From: Kudoa neothunni
Taxonomy: Eukaryota; Animalia; Cnidaria
Length of the DNA: 64,000 nt
Assembly (NCBI GenBank): GCA_964304625.1
Contig: OZ199840.1
Span: forward strand, 4,738,966 to 4,802,965
Direction: 5' to 3'
Shown: positions 14,287 through 28,244 of the stretch, in pieces
How the letters are laid out: each line of letters begins with the position of its first letter
How positions within the stretch are numbered: position 1 is the first letter of the stretch
Position numbers and translations under genes: made by a program
The notes under the pieces: generated by a model
The model's database searches: none
Told to the model about the DNA's origin: nothing
Seen by the model: only the letters and a program-made list of their open reading frames with translations

Positions 14287-15249
14287 ATGTCATTCTCCCA
14301 CTTCTTGAATGCACATTGCAGAAAAAATGAATTAACACCTCAAGTATACATTTTTCTAACAACAATGACAATTTAATTTAGATCAAAGGATGGATTTATG
14401 AAAATAACCAACGAAACGAAGAGAGTAATCGACTGAAATCATTTTACAACACTCTAACTGAAATAGAAACTCACACAACAATAGCTCATAAAGTCGATTG
14501 TTTGTAGTAGGAGTTTAATTTTATTTAACTACACAGATAAAATTTAAAACCACATGTAACAACCTTATTCTAAGTTATCGAGATGCACTTTCACCTTCTA
14601 CTCTAAGTAATTGAAAATGCGTAGTTTATAAGCAGACTGAATTTTTATAGATAAATTGTGTTTTGATATGAAAGAACTTTTGAAAATCCTAATAAGATTG
14701 AAATCTCAAACACAACAACATTCAGATTCTTCTAAGCAATCACATAAGCATCATTTCTAATTTTCAAAGCCAACTAAATTCGTATAAGAAACAGAACCTT
14801 TGGCTTTGGATCCATCCTAGTTATAAAAGGTTGGCATTTGTATGTTGTTGTCGAATTTTATTTTGTATAGAAAGTTTATGGAAATAATCAAATACATGTC
14901 CAATATTTGCAGATTGACATCTCCACTTTCTTCAGATCCGAACGAAATCAACAAAGATCGTATAGTTTTGTAGGTGTTTTGATTTTAATTGAATCAATAA
15001 TAGAAACGTTGACCAATTTCGAAACCCCAAATCTTAATGTCTTGCTTGATGGTGATAGTTTTAATCACACGGTAAGTTTAATTTGATTGTTATTTGACGT
15101 ATATGATTTGTAAATAGCTGGAAAAATTAGAAATATTCACCTCTTACATATTGTCGCTTCAAAATTTATCGGAAGTTTTCATCCAGCTGAAAAATGTGAT
15201 GTCTGAAGAAGGAAAATCCCAACCGAATTCTTTCGATATTGATAGATGA
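14287..15249 (+). CDS. Multi-exon gene, divergent VPS28-like (ESCRT-I) candidate, with one apparent +1 frameshift
   Basis: Hand-spliced: MSFSHFLNAHCRKNELTPQ|IKGWIYENNQRNEESNRLKSFYNTLTEIE...HK|IKFKTTCNNLILSYRDAL...ISIISNFQSQL...WIHPSYKR|LTSP...|LEKLEIFTSYILSLQNLSEVF...DR*. FKTTCNNLILSYRDAL resembles VPS28 YTAACSRLLVQYKAAF, and IHPSYKRL resembles IQPDLREL. The frame break lies between 14702 and 14760. Confidence 0.5.
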
Positions 15250-15392
15250 ATTTATTATTTACATTCACGTAATATTTTTTCTTTATTATAACAAAATCAT
15301 GTATATAAAAGCTCACTGTTTTCAATCCAAATAAGGGACACAATTAAAAGTATTAAACAATCTAGAAAGATTAATTTTAATTATTCAACTAT

Positions 15393-18300
15393 CTAAATTC
15401 CAATTCGGATGATAAATGTGAGAACAAATATCACCAAAACTATTCCTCCAATGGTTGACATCGCAATGGTGGCTCTTCTGTATCTGTAATAGTTGGCGGA
15501 ATTTGGCTTCCTAAAAGATTAAGATATTAAAATCTAACGATAATTTTTTTATTATAATTACAGGCAAAACAACTCATCCAAAACCCAAACTGGATTTTCA
15601 TAGTTTTTACAGTTATGACTAGCGTAGTCGTAAGACATACAAAAGGTGCCGTTGCCTATGTAGTTAGGGGCACACAAACAATCGTAATAACCCATTGAAT
15701 TTAAACATATGGCGTTGCTATCACACACGTTTGTTGTTTCACATTCATTTACATCTTAAATTCAATGTAACTATATTTAAAAACTAATATGTTTCTTTAC
15801 CTTTGATGGAGGTTATGTTCACCACAACTAACAGGACATTTGAACTGAATGAATAATTTGCTTCAATCGACAAGTTCGCACTATTTATCAAACTTTCCCA
15901 GGTGTTCAGAACAAGCTCGCTCATGTCATGGAATTTATATTCTGTGTATATTTTGTTCGCACTAATAATTTATTATAACATATAAGGAGAATATTTATTT
16001 ATGTATTACTCTATCAGAGTGGATTCGATTGAAATAAGTGAGGTGAAACTTGAGAACAGGGGATCCAACTATTATTCAATTAATTTATTTATTTGTATCA
16101 AATTATTTTTACCATATCTTTAAAATTATCTAACACTTCTGGAACACCTATTTATTAAAGTATAATTTATAATCTTAGTTAATATAACAATTACTTGTAT
16201 TCTGGGGAAGTATCGTATAATTTTCACCAGTTATGGTGTTAACTAACTGTATCGTCCATTCTTGATAAAATCTCGAAAACACTATGAAATATTGCGTATT
16301 TTAAAGTCATGTAATTAGTAAATCATACGCGTGCAAATTCCATATAGTTCCTCAACATTTGGTCTTATCAAACACTCGCATGATACATTGCTTGTTGCGC
16401 CCACTGGATAAGATATATTTGCAAAACATGAATCAGAATCTTATTTATTCATTAGTTCACATAATTAAATATATTACGGAATTACCTATGTTAGTAATAA
16501 CTTGGGTTACATTGAGAGGGAAGTCCGAATCCTGAATTAACAGCATTTTAGCTATGTAATTTTCGGTAACTGTTGGATTATATTCGTTAGTCGCAACATA
16601 TATCGTCAAATTGATCACAGTAGATCCGTTTCTATTCAAAAATTAAATTTAAATTTTCGTTAATAGATATTTGTTACGTTAATTCATTCACTCTTGAACA
16701 GATTGATGTGAATGAACCATCAAATATTTTGATAATCTAGTAGTTATAGGTTATTCAATATTTATAATTTTTTAAATTTACATAAGAATTGACTCTTTCC
16801 ACAAAGTCCGTAGTCATGGAGTCTGATATGTTATCATAATTAGTATTATATTGGTTAAATGTTGATAACAAGTAATTAATGGACTCGTATTCTAATAAAA
16901 ATTAACAGAAAGAATTTGTATGGAGTTTATTACTTGGTGTAGCGCAAGAAGTGTCTGATATAATTGTGTTACAAGTACATCGGCCCGGATCCGTAGTACA
17001 GTCGGGTTCTGGGTTGCAATCTACATTTATAATATTAAAACAATAAAACACGCATATTTATATTACCTATGGTTGTCACGGATGAAGATGTTGTTGTAGA
17101 ACTTGAGGTGCTCAACGAGCTCGACGAAGTTGTTGAACTAATCAAAGACGACGAGGAAATAGAACTTGATGCAACTGACGAGGAGGATGAGCTTGAAACA
17201 ACTGAACTGGAAGTTGAGCTAGATTGAGAGGAAGTAGGGCTTGTTGAAGTAGAAGGAGATGATGTTGAGCTTGTAACTGAACTTGAACTAGTCAAAACAG
17301 ATGATGACGTTGAGCTTAATGAACTAGATGGGGATGAAGTTGAGCTTAATGAACTAGATGGGGATGAAGTTGAGCTTAATGAACTAGATGGGGATGAAGT
17401 TGAGCTTAATGAACTAGATGGGGATGAAGTTGAGCTTAATGAACTAGATGGGGATGAAGTGGAACTTATTGAAGTAGATGGAGAAGAAGTAGAGGTGGTA
17501 GAAATAGATGATGTAGAGCTTGATGAACTAGATGGAGAGGAGGTGGAACTTATTGAAGTAGATGGAGAAGAAGTAGAGGTGGTAGAAAGAGATGTTGTAG
17601 AGCTTGATGAACTAGATGGAGAGGAGGTGGAACTTATTGAAGTAGATGGAGAAGAAGTAGAGGTGGTAGAAATAGATGATGTAGAGCTTGATGAACTAGA
17701 TGGAGAGGAAGTGGAACTTATTGAAGTAGATGGAGAAGAAGTAGAGGTGGTAGAAAGAGATGTTGTAGAGCTTGATGAGCTAGAAGAAGAGGAGGTGGAG
17801 CTTATTGAAGTAGAAGTAGAGGAACTAGAGGTGGTAGAAATAGATGATGTAGAGCTTGTTGTGACTGAACTTGAACTTGATGAAGTAGAAGGTGTCGAGC
17901 TTGATGTGACGGAACTGGATGAAGTAACAGAACTTGAACTAATAGATGAACTAGTAATGATAGAAGTGGAGCTTGAAATTAGCGAACTGGAACTAATGGA
18001 AGAACTGGTGGAAGAAACACTAGTGAGGGAGCTAGTTGATGGGATAGATGAGCTCGACGATACTGAACTAAGTGTTGAACTTGTTATAGAGGTGAATGCC
18101 TCAATAGGCATGAAAAACAATCCAGGAAAAACTCCTAGCAAAAGTGTGGATGTACCAAAAGAAAATTTTTCTTTGATTATGCTCAATAATGTTAAACAGA
18201 TAAGGTTGACGAAAATCCAAATTAACTCTGTATGTACTGCCCTCTCTCGCTCAAGAGGTTCAAAATTGAACACCGGCTTGATTGATGAGACTGCTATCAA

Positions 18301-18463
18301 TACTGTGCAGAAAAGAACTAAAATTATTTTATTTAGTTGATAAATATTTAAAATTATTTATTTTTTAATTTATTTAAAATAATAAGTTTATAACAATACT
18401 AATCTAGTAATAGACAATTAAAGCAAAAAGGATCTTACTTTTACAAAGTCCTGAGAGATACAT
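15393..18463 (-). CDS. Transmembrane mucin-like protein M1: signal peptide, ~350-aa Ser/Thr tract, Cys knot, SEA, Cys segment, SEA-like, Ca-EGF, TM
   Basis: MYLSGLCK|ILFCTVLIAVSS signal; S/T repeat ORF 17035-18300; SEA with NGSTVINLTIYV (GS cleavage-type motif); DVNECETTNVCDSNAICLNSMGYYDCLCAPNYIGNGTFC; TM exon KPNSANYYRYRRATIAMSTIGGIVLVIFVLTFIIRIGI*. The 5' exon structure is less certain. Confidence 0.85.
17310..17850 (-). repeat. Coding tandem repeats in the mucin tract: 30-bp unit (SSPSSSLSST) x5 plus alternating ~84/87-bp units
   Basis: TGAGCTTAATGAACTAGATGGGGATGAAGT is repeated, followed by longer units starting GTGGAACTTATTGAAGTAGATGGAGAAG. Confidence 0.9.
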
Positions 18464-20124
18464 AATTTATTGAGCTGATGAGCTACTTCCTTTCAACACT
18501 CATATAGTTTCTGGATGATCTTAAATTTACAGCTGTTCAGAAATTTTTCTTCTCTTAATCCGTTATTAATGTTAAACAAAATAATTAAAAGTAACAACTA
18601 TTGATTTACAGTTGTTCCTCTGTTTAAACCGACTATTTGTAAATTACATAAGCATAGATATTCGGGTTTATGTTTTAAATTTAACCATAAAACTCATTTA
18701 TTTGTTCCTCTAGTAGAATAAATTCCGATATAATAATTTAATTAAACTAAATTAGCGCTGACTGCCCCCCTCGCCGTGGATCGGGAATATTTTGTATTGA
18801 CAACTTTTTCTCAAAACATTCAAAATATATACAAATGATTTTAAGAAATAAATAGAAAGAACTAAAATTTTTTTTAAAAATATCATATTTACAAAAAAAT
18901 CGGATAGCGAAAGTAAAATCTTGATTATTTCAGGGAGAGTATGCCGGCTACGGCACACAATAGCAATTTTATGATCCACAAAATCAATCAATACTTGAAA
19001 ATCATTGTCGCATTTCTTTGAAATCACGATTTTTTTCATTTCTCAAAATATGTTATCTAAAGTAATTTTTTATGCTACTATTATAGGAAGATTATAAAAA
19101 TAGCAAAAACTGTATAAATCGACGTTAACTTTGGACGGTTAATTTCCTTTGCTCAAGGTAATATCCTTTAGTCGGCATTAATTTGAACAAAAATCTTATT
19201 TTAAAAATTTATGTGGTCCCTTTATATTCTCCTGAATGTTTCACATAATTAGACAAAATATTAACTGCATGTCTTATATTAGAGAAATTCATATAGAATT
19301 CCGTAGAAAACTCTATCCCTATTGAGTAAACTTAAATCGAAAAAGAGTCGGGAAAATTTAGAGGTAGTTGTTCTTTTGAGTGCCCCTTACAAATTAAAAA
19401 AAAATATAGCATCTGTATGATGAAACAAATGAATGTATTTATAATACGAGGATATATATATATATTGGAAAAGATGATGGAGTGTCAGAGTCAAATTGTT
19501 GAATAAAGATGGATAAATTGTTAAGTAGTTGTCAATGCTCCTTCTAAAAGCTGGCCTTAATCTCACAAATCGACAAATTAATTATTACATTATTATTGGT
19601 TAAATATCTTCTTGAACATTAAAGACTGTTAATGAGAAAATATTTTAAAATGTAGGATTGTTGCATTAAAATTTCTGTGTTCAAGGGTAAATTGATCAAC
19701 AGTGTGTTTTTTAAAAAGAATTTATTTTGGACTAGTTTAATTCAAAAAATAATAATCTTTGGTTTTAATAAATACTCTACATAACACTGGCAAAATGATG
19801 AGAAATTATGAAAACCAAAAATAATATTATATACAAATACAACAAATATTGTTTTAATATTTTGGAAAAACTCGTAATATATCGCCTCATGAATAGAGCA
19901 ACACGAAGGTTGCAACATTTTATACTTTGTTTAATATTAAGCCATAGATGGTTGTAAATAATTGTCTTATTGTCAAAAGCACCTGAGTTCAATAATTCAA
20001 GTTAAGATACAAGAATTAAACGTGGAAGGAACTTTGAAAGACTCTCTTCGAAGAGCTATTGCAAATAAATATCGATTTAAATGATGTAATTGTTTATTCA
20101 AAACAAACATTTCGCTAGTAGCCT

Positions 20125-20580
20125 GGACATTATGGCATAATGGAGTTAGGTCGGGATAGCATACCATGAAGTTGCAAGTTCGAAGCCTAGTCCGGTCGTT
20201 CTTGTACTCCTAATCCAAAATTAAGTAGGAAGGTTGTAGTAATCGCAAGGATCTACGATTTCTCGTGGTTTTGCTTGTAGCTGGGAGGGGAGCCTGGTGG
20301 AAAGGTAGAACTCGGGCGCTCATAAACGCCGGGGTACAGGAACGAAACATAACCCAGTAGGGGATTTCAGTAGAGCCGACACCCCTATTCAGACGACTTC
20401 CCCAGACTAATTCTAGGTTAGTCCAGGGTATGGTTTGGGTGGTGGTTGCTCAGAAACGAAGATGCAATGTGAGCTAAAATCCCACACTACCACATAAACG
20501 TAAGTCGCCTTAATACGACGCCGCGGTGCTTAAGGCGTAATTGGAGAAGGCCTAACCAGCCCCCAACTTCACAACCTAAC
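20125..20580 (+). mobile_element. tRNA-headed SINE-like element (or Pol III ncRNA)
   Basis: GC-rich island with A-box TGGCATAATGG (20133-20143) and B-box AGTTCGAAGCC (20177-20187) at tRNA-like spacing. The ~390-nt body has hairpins (GACTAA..TTAGTC, CGCCTTAA..TTAAGGCG) and no ORF. Confidence 0.6.
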
Positions 20581-21236
20581 AAGTTATTTACAGGGTTTGA
20601 CCATGTAAATAAAAAAAGATAAAACATTTCTCTAAATATAAATCTTAAATATTAGGTGCCAGTTTTATTCCAGAACCTTAATGAAAAATGTTTGATTATT
20701 TTATTATTATCCAAATTTCGCAGTTAGAGTCCCCACATAGAAACTCTATTATGTGATAATCACTCTAAGTTATATATGTTTTCAGCTATTTTAATTCAGC
20801 TTTAACTAAAAGGACAAAAATATTATTTTACGTTATTTTTCGTGCTATTATAATTTTATTAATAATTATAATAGTACGAATACGATTTAAATCGTAAATT
20901 TTGTTTAGAAAGAATTTTGAATAATTATAACTCTAGACCGCCGATTTAATTTCTATACAATTATTTTACTTTTAAATGTTTGATTTTAAGTAAATTAATT
21001 ATAAATCCTATTAAAAATTATTAATAAAATTTTAATGATTATTTTCATTTATCTAAAATAAATTAATTTACCATTATTAAATATGTTTATTAAATTAATA
21101 TATTAGTTCTTAAAAGATATGATTATGATTAAAAAAAATCGCTACATTCAATAACATTTTCAATAATATATTTCGAAGTTCCTAAAGGTAGTTATTTATT
21201 GGTTTAGCTAATATTGTCTAATTATTTGACGTAAGG

Positions 21237-24157
21237 TTATTCACGTCGTTGTCGAATGGCCCATCCAGCCAATATTAGTAATGCCAAACATGCGAGAATA
21301 CACATGACGATGGCAAGATCGCGATATCTGTAGTAGTTATCGGCATTGACGGCCCTAAAAAAATTTTAAAAATCCAACCGAGAAAAACGAAAAAATCTTA
21401 CAAGCAATATAGTTGATTGATAAACCAAACTTGTTGTTGGCTACTTTTGCAATAGTCATTGTTATTATCGTAAGGAGTGCAGATGACTCCATCACCAACA
21501 TAATTTGGTCCACACACGCAAAAATATGAGCCCATCGTATTGATACAGATGGCATTCGCGCCACATACATTTTCCGTTTCACATTCGTTTGCATCTATTG
21601 CAAAATTGTAAACAGAATCGGGAAATGATTACCTATCAATTCTTCTTTATCTATCACAGTTACAAGGATATTAGATCCAAAGGTGAAATTGGCGGTAGTG
21701 TTTAGATTGGACTGGCTGATCAAATCTTCCAAACTATTCAGCACAAAATCACTAAGTGTTGCCAACTTATATTCCGCCAATATTGTGTTTGGGCTGTTGA
21801 ATACAATCATATAAATATAATATACAAAATTCTATATAACCTACCCGATTAGTGTTGCTTTTATTCCTACCATTGGGGAGAAGAAAACAAACAATGGATG
21901 AAGCTATAAGGAAATGTTATCTTATAATAGTGAATAATGAATTACCATGGCTATGAATGCTTCCTCTAGAGCTACTTGATCTAAAAATGATATCCATCAC
22001 CTTTGAAACGTCCATATTCAAAATTTACCTGTATCATTTGGATAAACTATATAGCTCGTTCTTGTCCAATTATCTGACAGTGAGAGAACCCATGTTTGAT
22101 AGAATCTGGCAAAATCTAAACGCAAAGATAATTTACTAATTCAAAATAATAGCTGAAAGATTTCTATAGAATATTTTATTAAAATTTTATAATTACAATA
22201 AGTTAGTTATATCTTTTGATATAACTTAAAATTAAGATTTTGTTAAAATTAACTAGATAACTGAGATAAATTTTTAATAAATGTAAAAGATTACATAGAC
22301 AAACACCGAAAAACTTTCCTAGATTTGGCTTCACATAACATTCACATTCAGTGCCGGTCTCGTTAGACACTGGATAAGATATATTCTCAAAGCAAACTCC
22401 TAAATCTGAAAAAATTTTTTAATTGCTTATTTATTCAGTTACAGTTTGTTATATTTATGTCTATAATGATGTTATTCTCCGGGAACGTTTGAAGAAGTAG
22501 AGATTTTGCCATTTTATTCGCCGACACAACTGGACTGTATAATTCAGAATAGACAAATATTGTTACGTTTAATATGATGCTTCCATTTCTTAATAGTTAT
22601 TAGCATTACATACATACATACATACACCAAAAATATCTCTATTAAGTATCTGTGATGATTACATTATTTCGTTTACCAACGAGCACACCGAGTAATAAGT
22701 TGGGTCAACAAGTGATATCACCTTGAATATATTTAGTTGATTAGTCCTAATAATGTGAAAGCAGATAAAGAAGAGATACCAAGGAATTAAAGTTATTAAT
22801 CAATTCGGCATTCTTAGCACTTCTCCATCGCTTTTTCCAGATGTCTCCATTTTTCGTTTTGTTTGTTTCAACCAAATAATGAAGAGGAACGTAACCTAAA
22901 AAAGTTAGTGAACGGATACTTCTATAAAGTGAAAAATCACTTCCCGATTCACAAACTTCTCCAGACGGAATGAAATTACAATTGCACACAGATCCTCCTA
23001 CGGAACAAATTTCCGATGGAGGACATTGGACTAAATTTATCCAATAATAAGCCTTAAAATGTATAAAAGTATTGCTATACTGGCTGATGTCGTGGTGGTA
23101 ACAGTTGTTGATGACACAGAGGTAAAATCGCTAGAAGTTATATCGGTGGTGGTAGTTTTCGTTGAAGTGGTATCGGCGGTGGTAGTTTTTGTTGAAGTGG
23201 TATCAATGGTTTCAGTTGTAGAAGTAGTGATTATAATGGTGCCAGTGGTAGGTATGACTGTGGTGGAGGGGACAGTTTTTGGTCTAGGTCTCACTCTAGT
23301 CCTAGTTCTGACCTTACTTCTTCTTTTAGGGCCACTTTTAAAAATTCCATTCGCGTTGGTGACGAGTGTTGAGGTAGAAGTTGTCACAACTGTGGCTGAA
23401 CGAATGATAGTTGTGAGTAAACTTTTGGGTCCGATCCTAAACCTGGCATCATTGTTATCAACTTTAAAAGATTTTAAAAGTCCATTAAGAGAGGTGAGTG
23501 CTGTTGTAGAAATAGGAATATCTGTGGTGGGAATAATTGAGGTGAGAATATCTGTGGTTGGAATAATTGAGATTGAAATAGTTGGGGTCGACATTATGCT
23601 TCTAAATCTGTTTCTGACTATACTAAGGGTGGTCAATGATGACGCAGATTTTAAAATTCCATTTTGTTCTGTGGTAAATGTTGATGCAAGTGAAGAACTT
23701 GTTAGTATCGAGTCTGTTTTAGGAAGCTGATCCAAAGGCTCATTAAAGAAGGTAACAATTGAAGTTGACACTACATATATGTGACCATTGGATTAAATAT
23801 GAGATATTTTTTTACCTGATTTTGCCACTGGAATTTCCGAAATAAGGGAAGTGTCCGGTGAATCAACAACTCTACCTGCAACAATATTTGGATCTGCGGT
23901 TAATCCATCGATCAAAAAATAAATAATCGAGCCGGTTTTTAAATATTGATTCTGTATTTTTGTTGAGGCTAATAAACCGGAAAATAGATTATGAATGATA
24001 AGGTCTCTTCTTCTAAAATTGATATTTTCATTGTAATCAAGCATAAAAGTGAAAATAGTGCAAATTGCTATGAACGATTTCACATAGGAAAAATTATCTA
24101 TAAATGAAATGATTATTGCATGAAAAATCAAATAAAGATACTTTTATTGGTAATCAT
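21237..24157 (-). CDS. Transmembrane mucin-like paralog M2 (Thr-rich tract, SEA, Ca-EGF, TM)
   Basis: Thr-rich ORF 23037-23771; SEA motif NGSIILNVTIFV; EGF exon ANECETENVCGANAICINTMGSYFCVCGPNYVGDGVIC; TM exon AVNADNYYRYRDLAIVMCILACLALLILAGWAIRQRRE*. The intron positions I checked match M1. Confidence 0.8.
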
Positions 24158-24370
24158 ATTCTAAAACTAGGATATATTTACTAATAATACCAATTTGGTT
24201 CAACTATATATCATAAATGAGAACAGTGTAAAATGAAGTTATTAAAATGACTATTAGTTATTTATAATAGAGAAAATTATGTAAATATTAAATATAATAT
24301 GATATAAGGCTTTATCAATTGTTTTAATCGAAATAAAAAAAATGAAAAATACTTTATACAACAATGAAGA

Positions 24371-25940
24371 TTATAACAGTTTGGATCTATAAGTATTTAA
24401 TATTGTGGGCTGTTTCGCGTAGTCAACTGGGAAAAGGCTATATTTAATGATTGATTCTAACGCAAATTGTCCAAAAATTTTGTTATCGTAATGCTTTATG
24501 TCATGAATATTTCGCCATAATATTTTAATGACGTTTAGCGAGCTAGGAGAAAATTGATACTTCAATAACCCGCTGTTAGGTTCAACTGGATTAAAATGAA
24601 CGTTTAGCATATCTAACGCATAAGTAGTAAATTTCGATCAAAGTTTAAATCTAAAATAGGTTATTGTTGATGCATATTCGTAATTAGAGTTCGTATATAT
24701 TTACCGTCGTTGGCACAGTTCATAAAAAGGGGGATAGAGGATTATAACTATGGATGCTTACCAATTATAAACTCCCAAGAAGATATCATCTTGACAGAAT
24801 TATCTAAATATAATATACTTTTCATTTATTTTTAACATAATATCTCGTGAGAAATTAATCTTTCAGTTGAAATATTTAATGAACTAATAAGAAAAGTAAG
24901 ACTTTTGTTTTATTTAAAATTCTATATTTTGAATTTTAAATAAGAATAATTGTTATATAATTATAAAAATCAACTTTTAATATTTTTAACTTACTATCAA
25001 CTTGAGCTATACTCCTGTGAATAAAAATAATGAGTCCAAATGTAAACTAATACTACGTATATTATCAAAATTACGCAATATTATCACAAACGAATGCTTG
25101 AAGTGATTATCACCGTCTCTTGTTGATAAAATACTAATTATTGCAATTTTAACTTTCAATAATTGATGCTTAATATTAAGCAATAATAATCATTAAACCT
25201 TTCTTTAATATTGAAATATTTTATGAATTTTTATCTTTTGTAATTATTTTACAACAGTATTAAAGGGGAATCTCACATAGTCAAATCAAAATATTGATAA
25301 GAATTCGTTAGTTTATGATAATATACGCATTTTAATGTAGAATTAACTGATACCATAGATATTTAGCTTGAAAATTAATTATACACCTTCAGAAATTTTT
25401 TAATTACAATAATCTTATTTAATTTATTTGATATATTGTTGGCTTTTATAAAAAAGTAACAAAAATTATATTTATAATTATTAATAACCACTTAATTTAG
25501 AAAAAAGATTAAACTAATAAAATTTTGAAAATCAGCACTATATATTGAATTATTTCGAATATAAATATTCATTGATTAATAAATTAGAAAATAAATAATA
25601 TAAATAAGATTTTTTGTTGAACTTAACCATTTATGGTTCGAATTTAGTATATGACGATATTCGTAATAATATATTTTATGAAATATTGACGCATTTCTAA
25701 ATATGAAAAATTCCAAATTAATTCTATGGTATTCTGGCCAAAAATGACGATTATAAATAATCCAATTATATAATTTAAATGTGTGAGAATACAATTATTA
25801 TTATATTTACTATAATTATTTATCATATAATTAAAAGTTTTTACTAAATTTAAATTAATTTTATATTCAAATAAAATGAGAAAATAATAAGATGAAGAAA
25901 GTACTATAAAATTAATTATACCATTAAAAATGGAAGTGAA
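24371..25940 (-). CDS. Possible additional multi-exon membrane-protein gene of unknown function
   Basis: Exon-like segments with GT/AG borders and hydrophobic stretches (25644-25826, 25020-25200, 24700-24800, 24371-24650). A clean frame needs several indels. Confidence 0.3.
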
Positions 25941-26203
25941 AATATTAGTCTAAACTTTATATAAATTTCTAAGCAATTTTCCATTGTAATAACTCTTATA
26001 TGGTTTTCGACTATATAAAAATAATTAGTACAAAACGCTTAAAAATTTATATAAAATTTTACTACTTTTTCCAATGTTTCAGACCTAAATAATCATAATA
26101 ATAATACAATGTGGGTGAATATGTGCTATATCCTTAATATTAAAAATCACATAAAATGCAGGACATGTATCAGAAGAAATAACCTAGTTGTGGGTGGACA
26201 CCT

Positions 26204-28053
26204 TTATTTTTCGCAGCGTACACTTTCATATGGTATAAGAATGTGAGCAAGCTTATGATCACGAAAATTAAACTAAAAGCTACACTGGATACATAATACA
26301 TCTTGTAGTTGTATGAAGTGTTTTCCCTATAACGAATTCAAGCCAATGATAACTATTTATTATTGCATACAAGCAAAATGTAGTGTTGAATAAGTGCAAT
26401 GGTATACTATCCCTATTGCATGGACTAAAATGCGGGAACGAAAGTTTCTCGCAACTAATTCCGTCTCCAAAATATCCTGGTTTGCATTCACAAGCATAGC
26501 TTCCCACAGTATTAATGCAAAACGCATTATTACTGCATTTGTTTTCTTGATCACATTCATTTAGGTCTATTTAATAATAATAATAACAACAACAGATAAT
26601 ATTATTAATATACCTTCTATAGATGATATTTGATTAACCGATTCTATAGTTACAGTGATGTTGGAATTGTTATGTGTTATGTTTAGAAATAGACTAGAGA
26701 GTTTATTGTTGCTTAATTTGTTTAGTAGGAAAAGGATGTTATCGTCCAACCACATCAAAGAATAGTCAATAAAAAATTCATTCCCGCTATTAAATTTAAA
26801 CATCATCCTAAAACTTAAATATAGAATCAACTACCTTGTATTCTTGATTTCAATATTTTTTACTGGAAAATTAATTTTATAAAGTTCTCTCAGGTACTAA
26901 ATAATATTTTAATAAAAATAATATTTATTTTTTTACCTCATTCGTTATTTTATTAATAATTACATTAGTCACTAAATTTATTCATTAATAATAAAAAAAA
27001 TATCTCAAACAATTTATATTACATTCACTGTCTTGAGGTTGAGATAATATAATCTCACTGTTATTTGTATTTAATCCGACTAGGAATCGTTGTTCAAATC
27101 GAAATACCCCTAAAAAGTGTAAGAAAAATTTACATACACAGTTACTTGTACAACCAATTTCATATTGGTTTATATTTGGTTGATTAGCACATTCACAAGA
27201 GGTTTTATTTTGTAACAGCCCATTACTGTTATAGATACAATTCAGTTTATTTTTATTGCTGTCTATTTAATTTTTTATAAAATAAGTTTACATAAAATGA
27301 TGTCACTTGTTTCTAGGTTTATATCATTAATTGTATAATTTGCTATGGTACCATTACGACTTCTGAGCAATCGTAGTAATCTAGTAGCTTTAATAGGACC
27401 TAATTTCATATTTTTCTGTAAGTATAATTTAAAACTATAGTTAATTGATCCATTTCTAAAAAATTAATGTATACAAGAATATAATAATTAGATACTTTAT
27501 GGAGGTGAGTTCAACACAAACAGTTGGGAATATTTGGTTGCTGGCACTGATTAGCTATATCATTTTAATTCATAATAGTTCAAATATATAATGAAGGACC
27601 TCGTTGTTTATTAATCGTGCGAAATCCTTGGTTATAGGATCGCTTAAATTGGTGGTATATTCTGTTATTGATGATGGTGATGTATCCAACTTCAACATAA
27701 ATGTCCAATAATTGAAGTCTACATGTATAATTGTATCATTTATTTCAAATATCAAATAATAAAAACCTTTTCCATTGCACATTTCACTCTCTACTAATCC
27801 CCTACACACACATATATCTCCATCCTCATCACAGTAAGTTTGAGGCCTACACTGAGTTTGGTTGGTGACAGTCAGGTAGGTTGCTGTTAAAGCTGGTCTA
27901 CTGGCATAAACTAACATGAATGAATTTTCCAGTAAGATCAAAATCAAAAATTCTAACACCAATATAACTATAATTAATTATATTATATTATTGGAAAAAT
28001 TATGTGCAATATCTATAAGGAGTACTCTTAATTTTACTACCACTGTGAACCAT
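26204..28053 (-). CDS. SEA/EGF transmembrane paralog M3, lacking a long mucin tract
   Basis: MVHS|VILVLEFLILILLE signal; CRPQTYCDEDGDICVC knot; NGSINYSFKLY SEA motif; NECDQENKCSNNAFCINTVGSYACECKPGYFGDGISC; conserved phase-2 intron after FCL; TM exon ENTSYNYKMYYVSSVAFSLIFVIISLLTFLYHMKSVRCEK*. Confidence 0.8.
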
Positions 28054-28244
28054 TCAAAATTTATCAACTAACCAAACCAACCTATCGTAGGTCTTATATA
28101 GTTGCTCGTGATCTTATATTTACGCAAAAAATAAAACTTCAATAAATTTTGTGAAATTTGAATAAATTAGGAAAAAATTGATAAAAAATGAAACACTTGA
28201 AATATAACAAATTAATCTTAATCGAATTAATAAGTAAGTGTGTG

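Noticed and set aside
17459-18340. 293-aa E/V/D/L-rich plus-strand ORF
   Set aside because: Antisense shadow of the Ser/Thr mucin repeat. The minus strand carries the signal peptide and splices to the SEA/EGF exons.
23059-23730. Val-rich plus-strand ORF
   Set aside because: Antisense shadow of the Thr-rich M2 exon.
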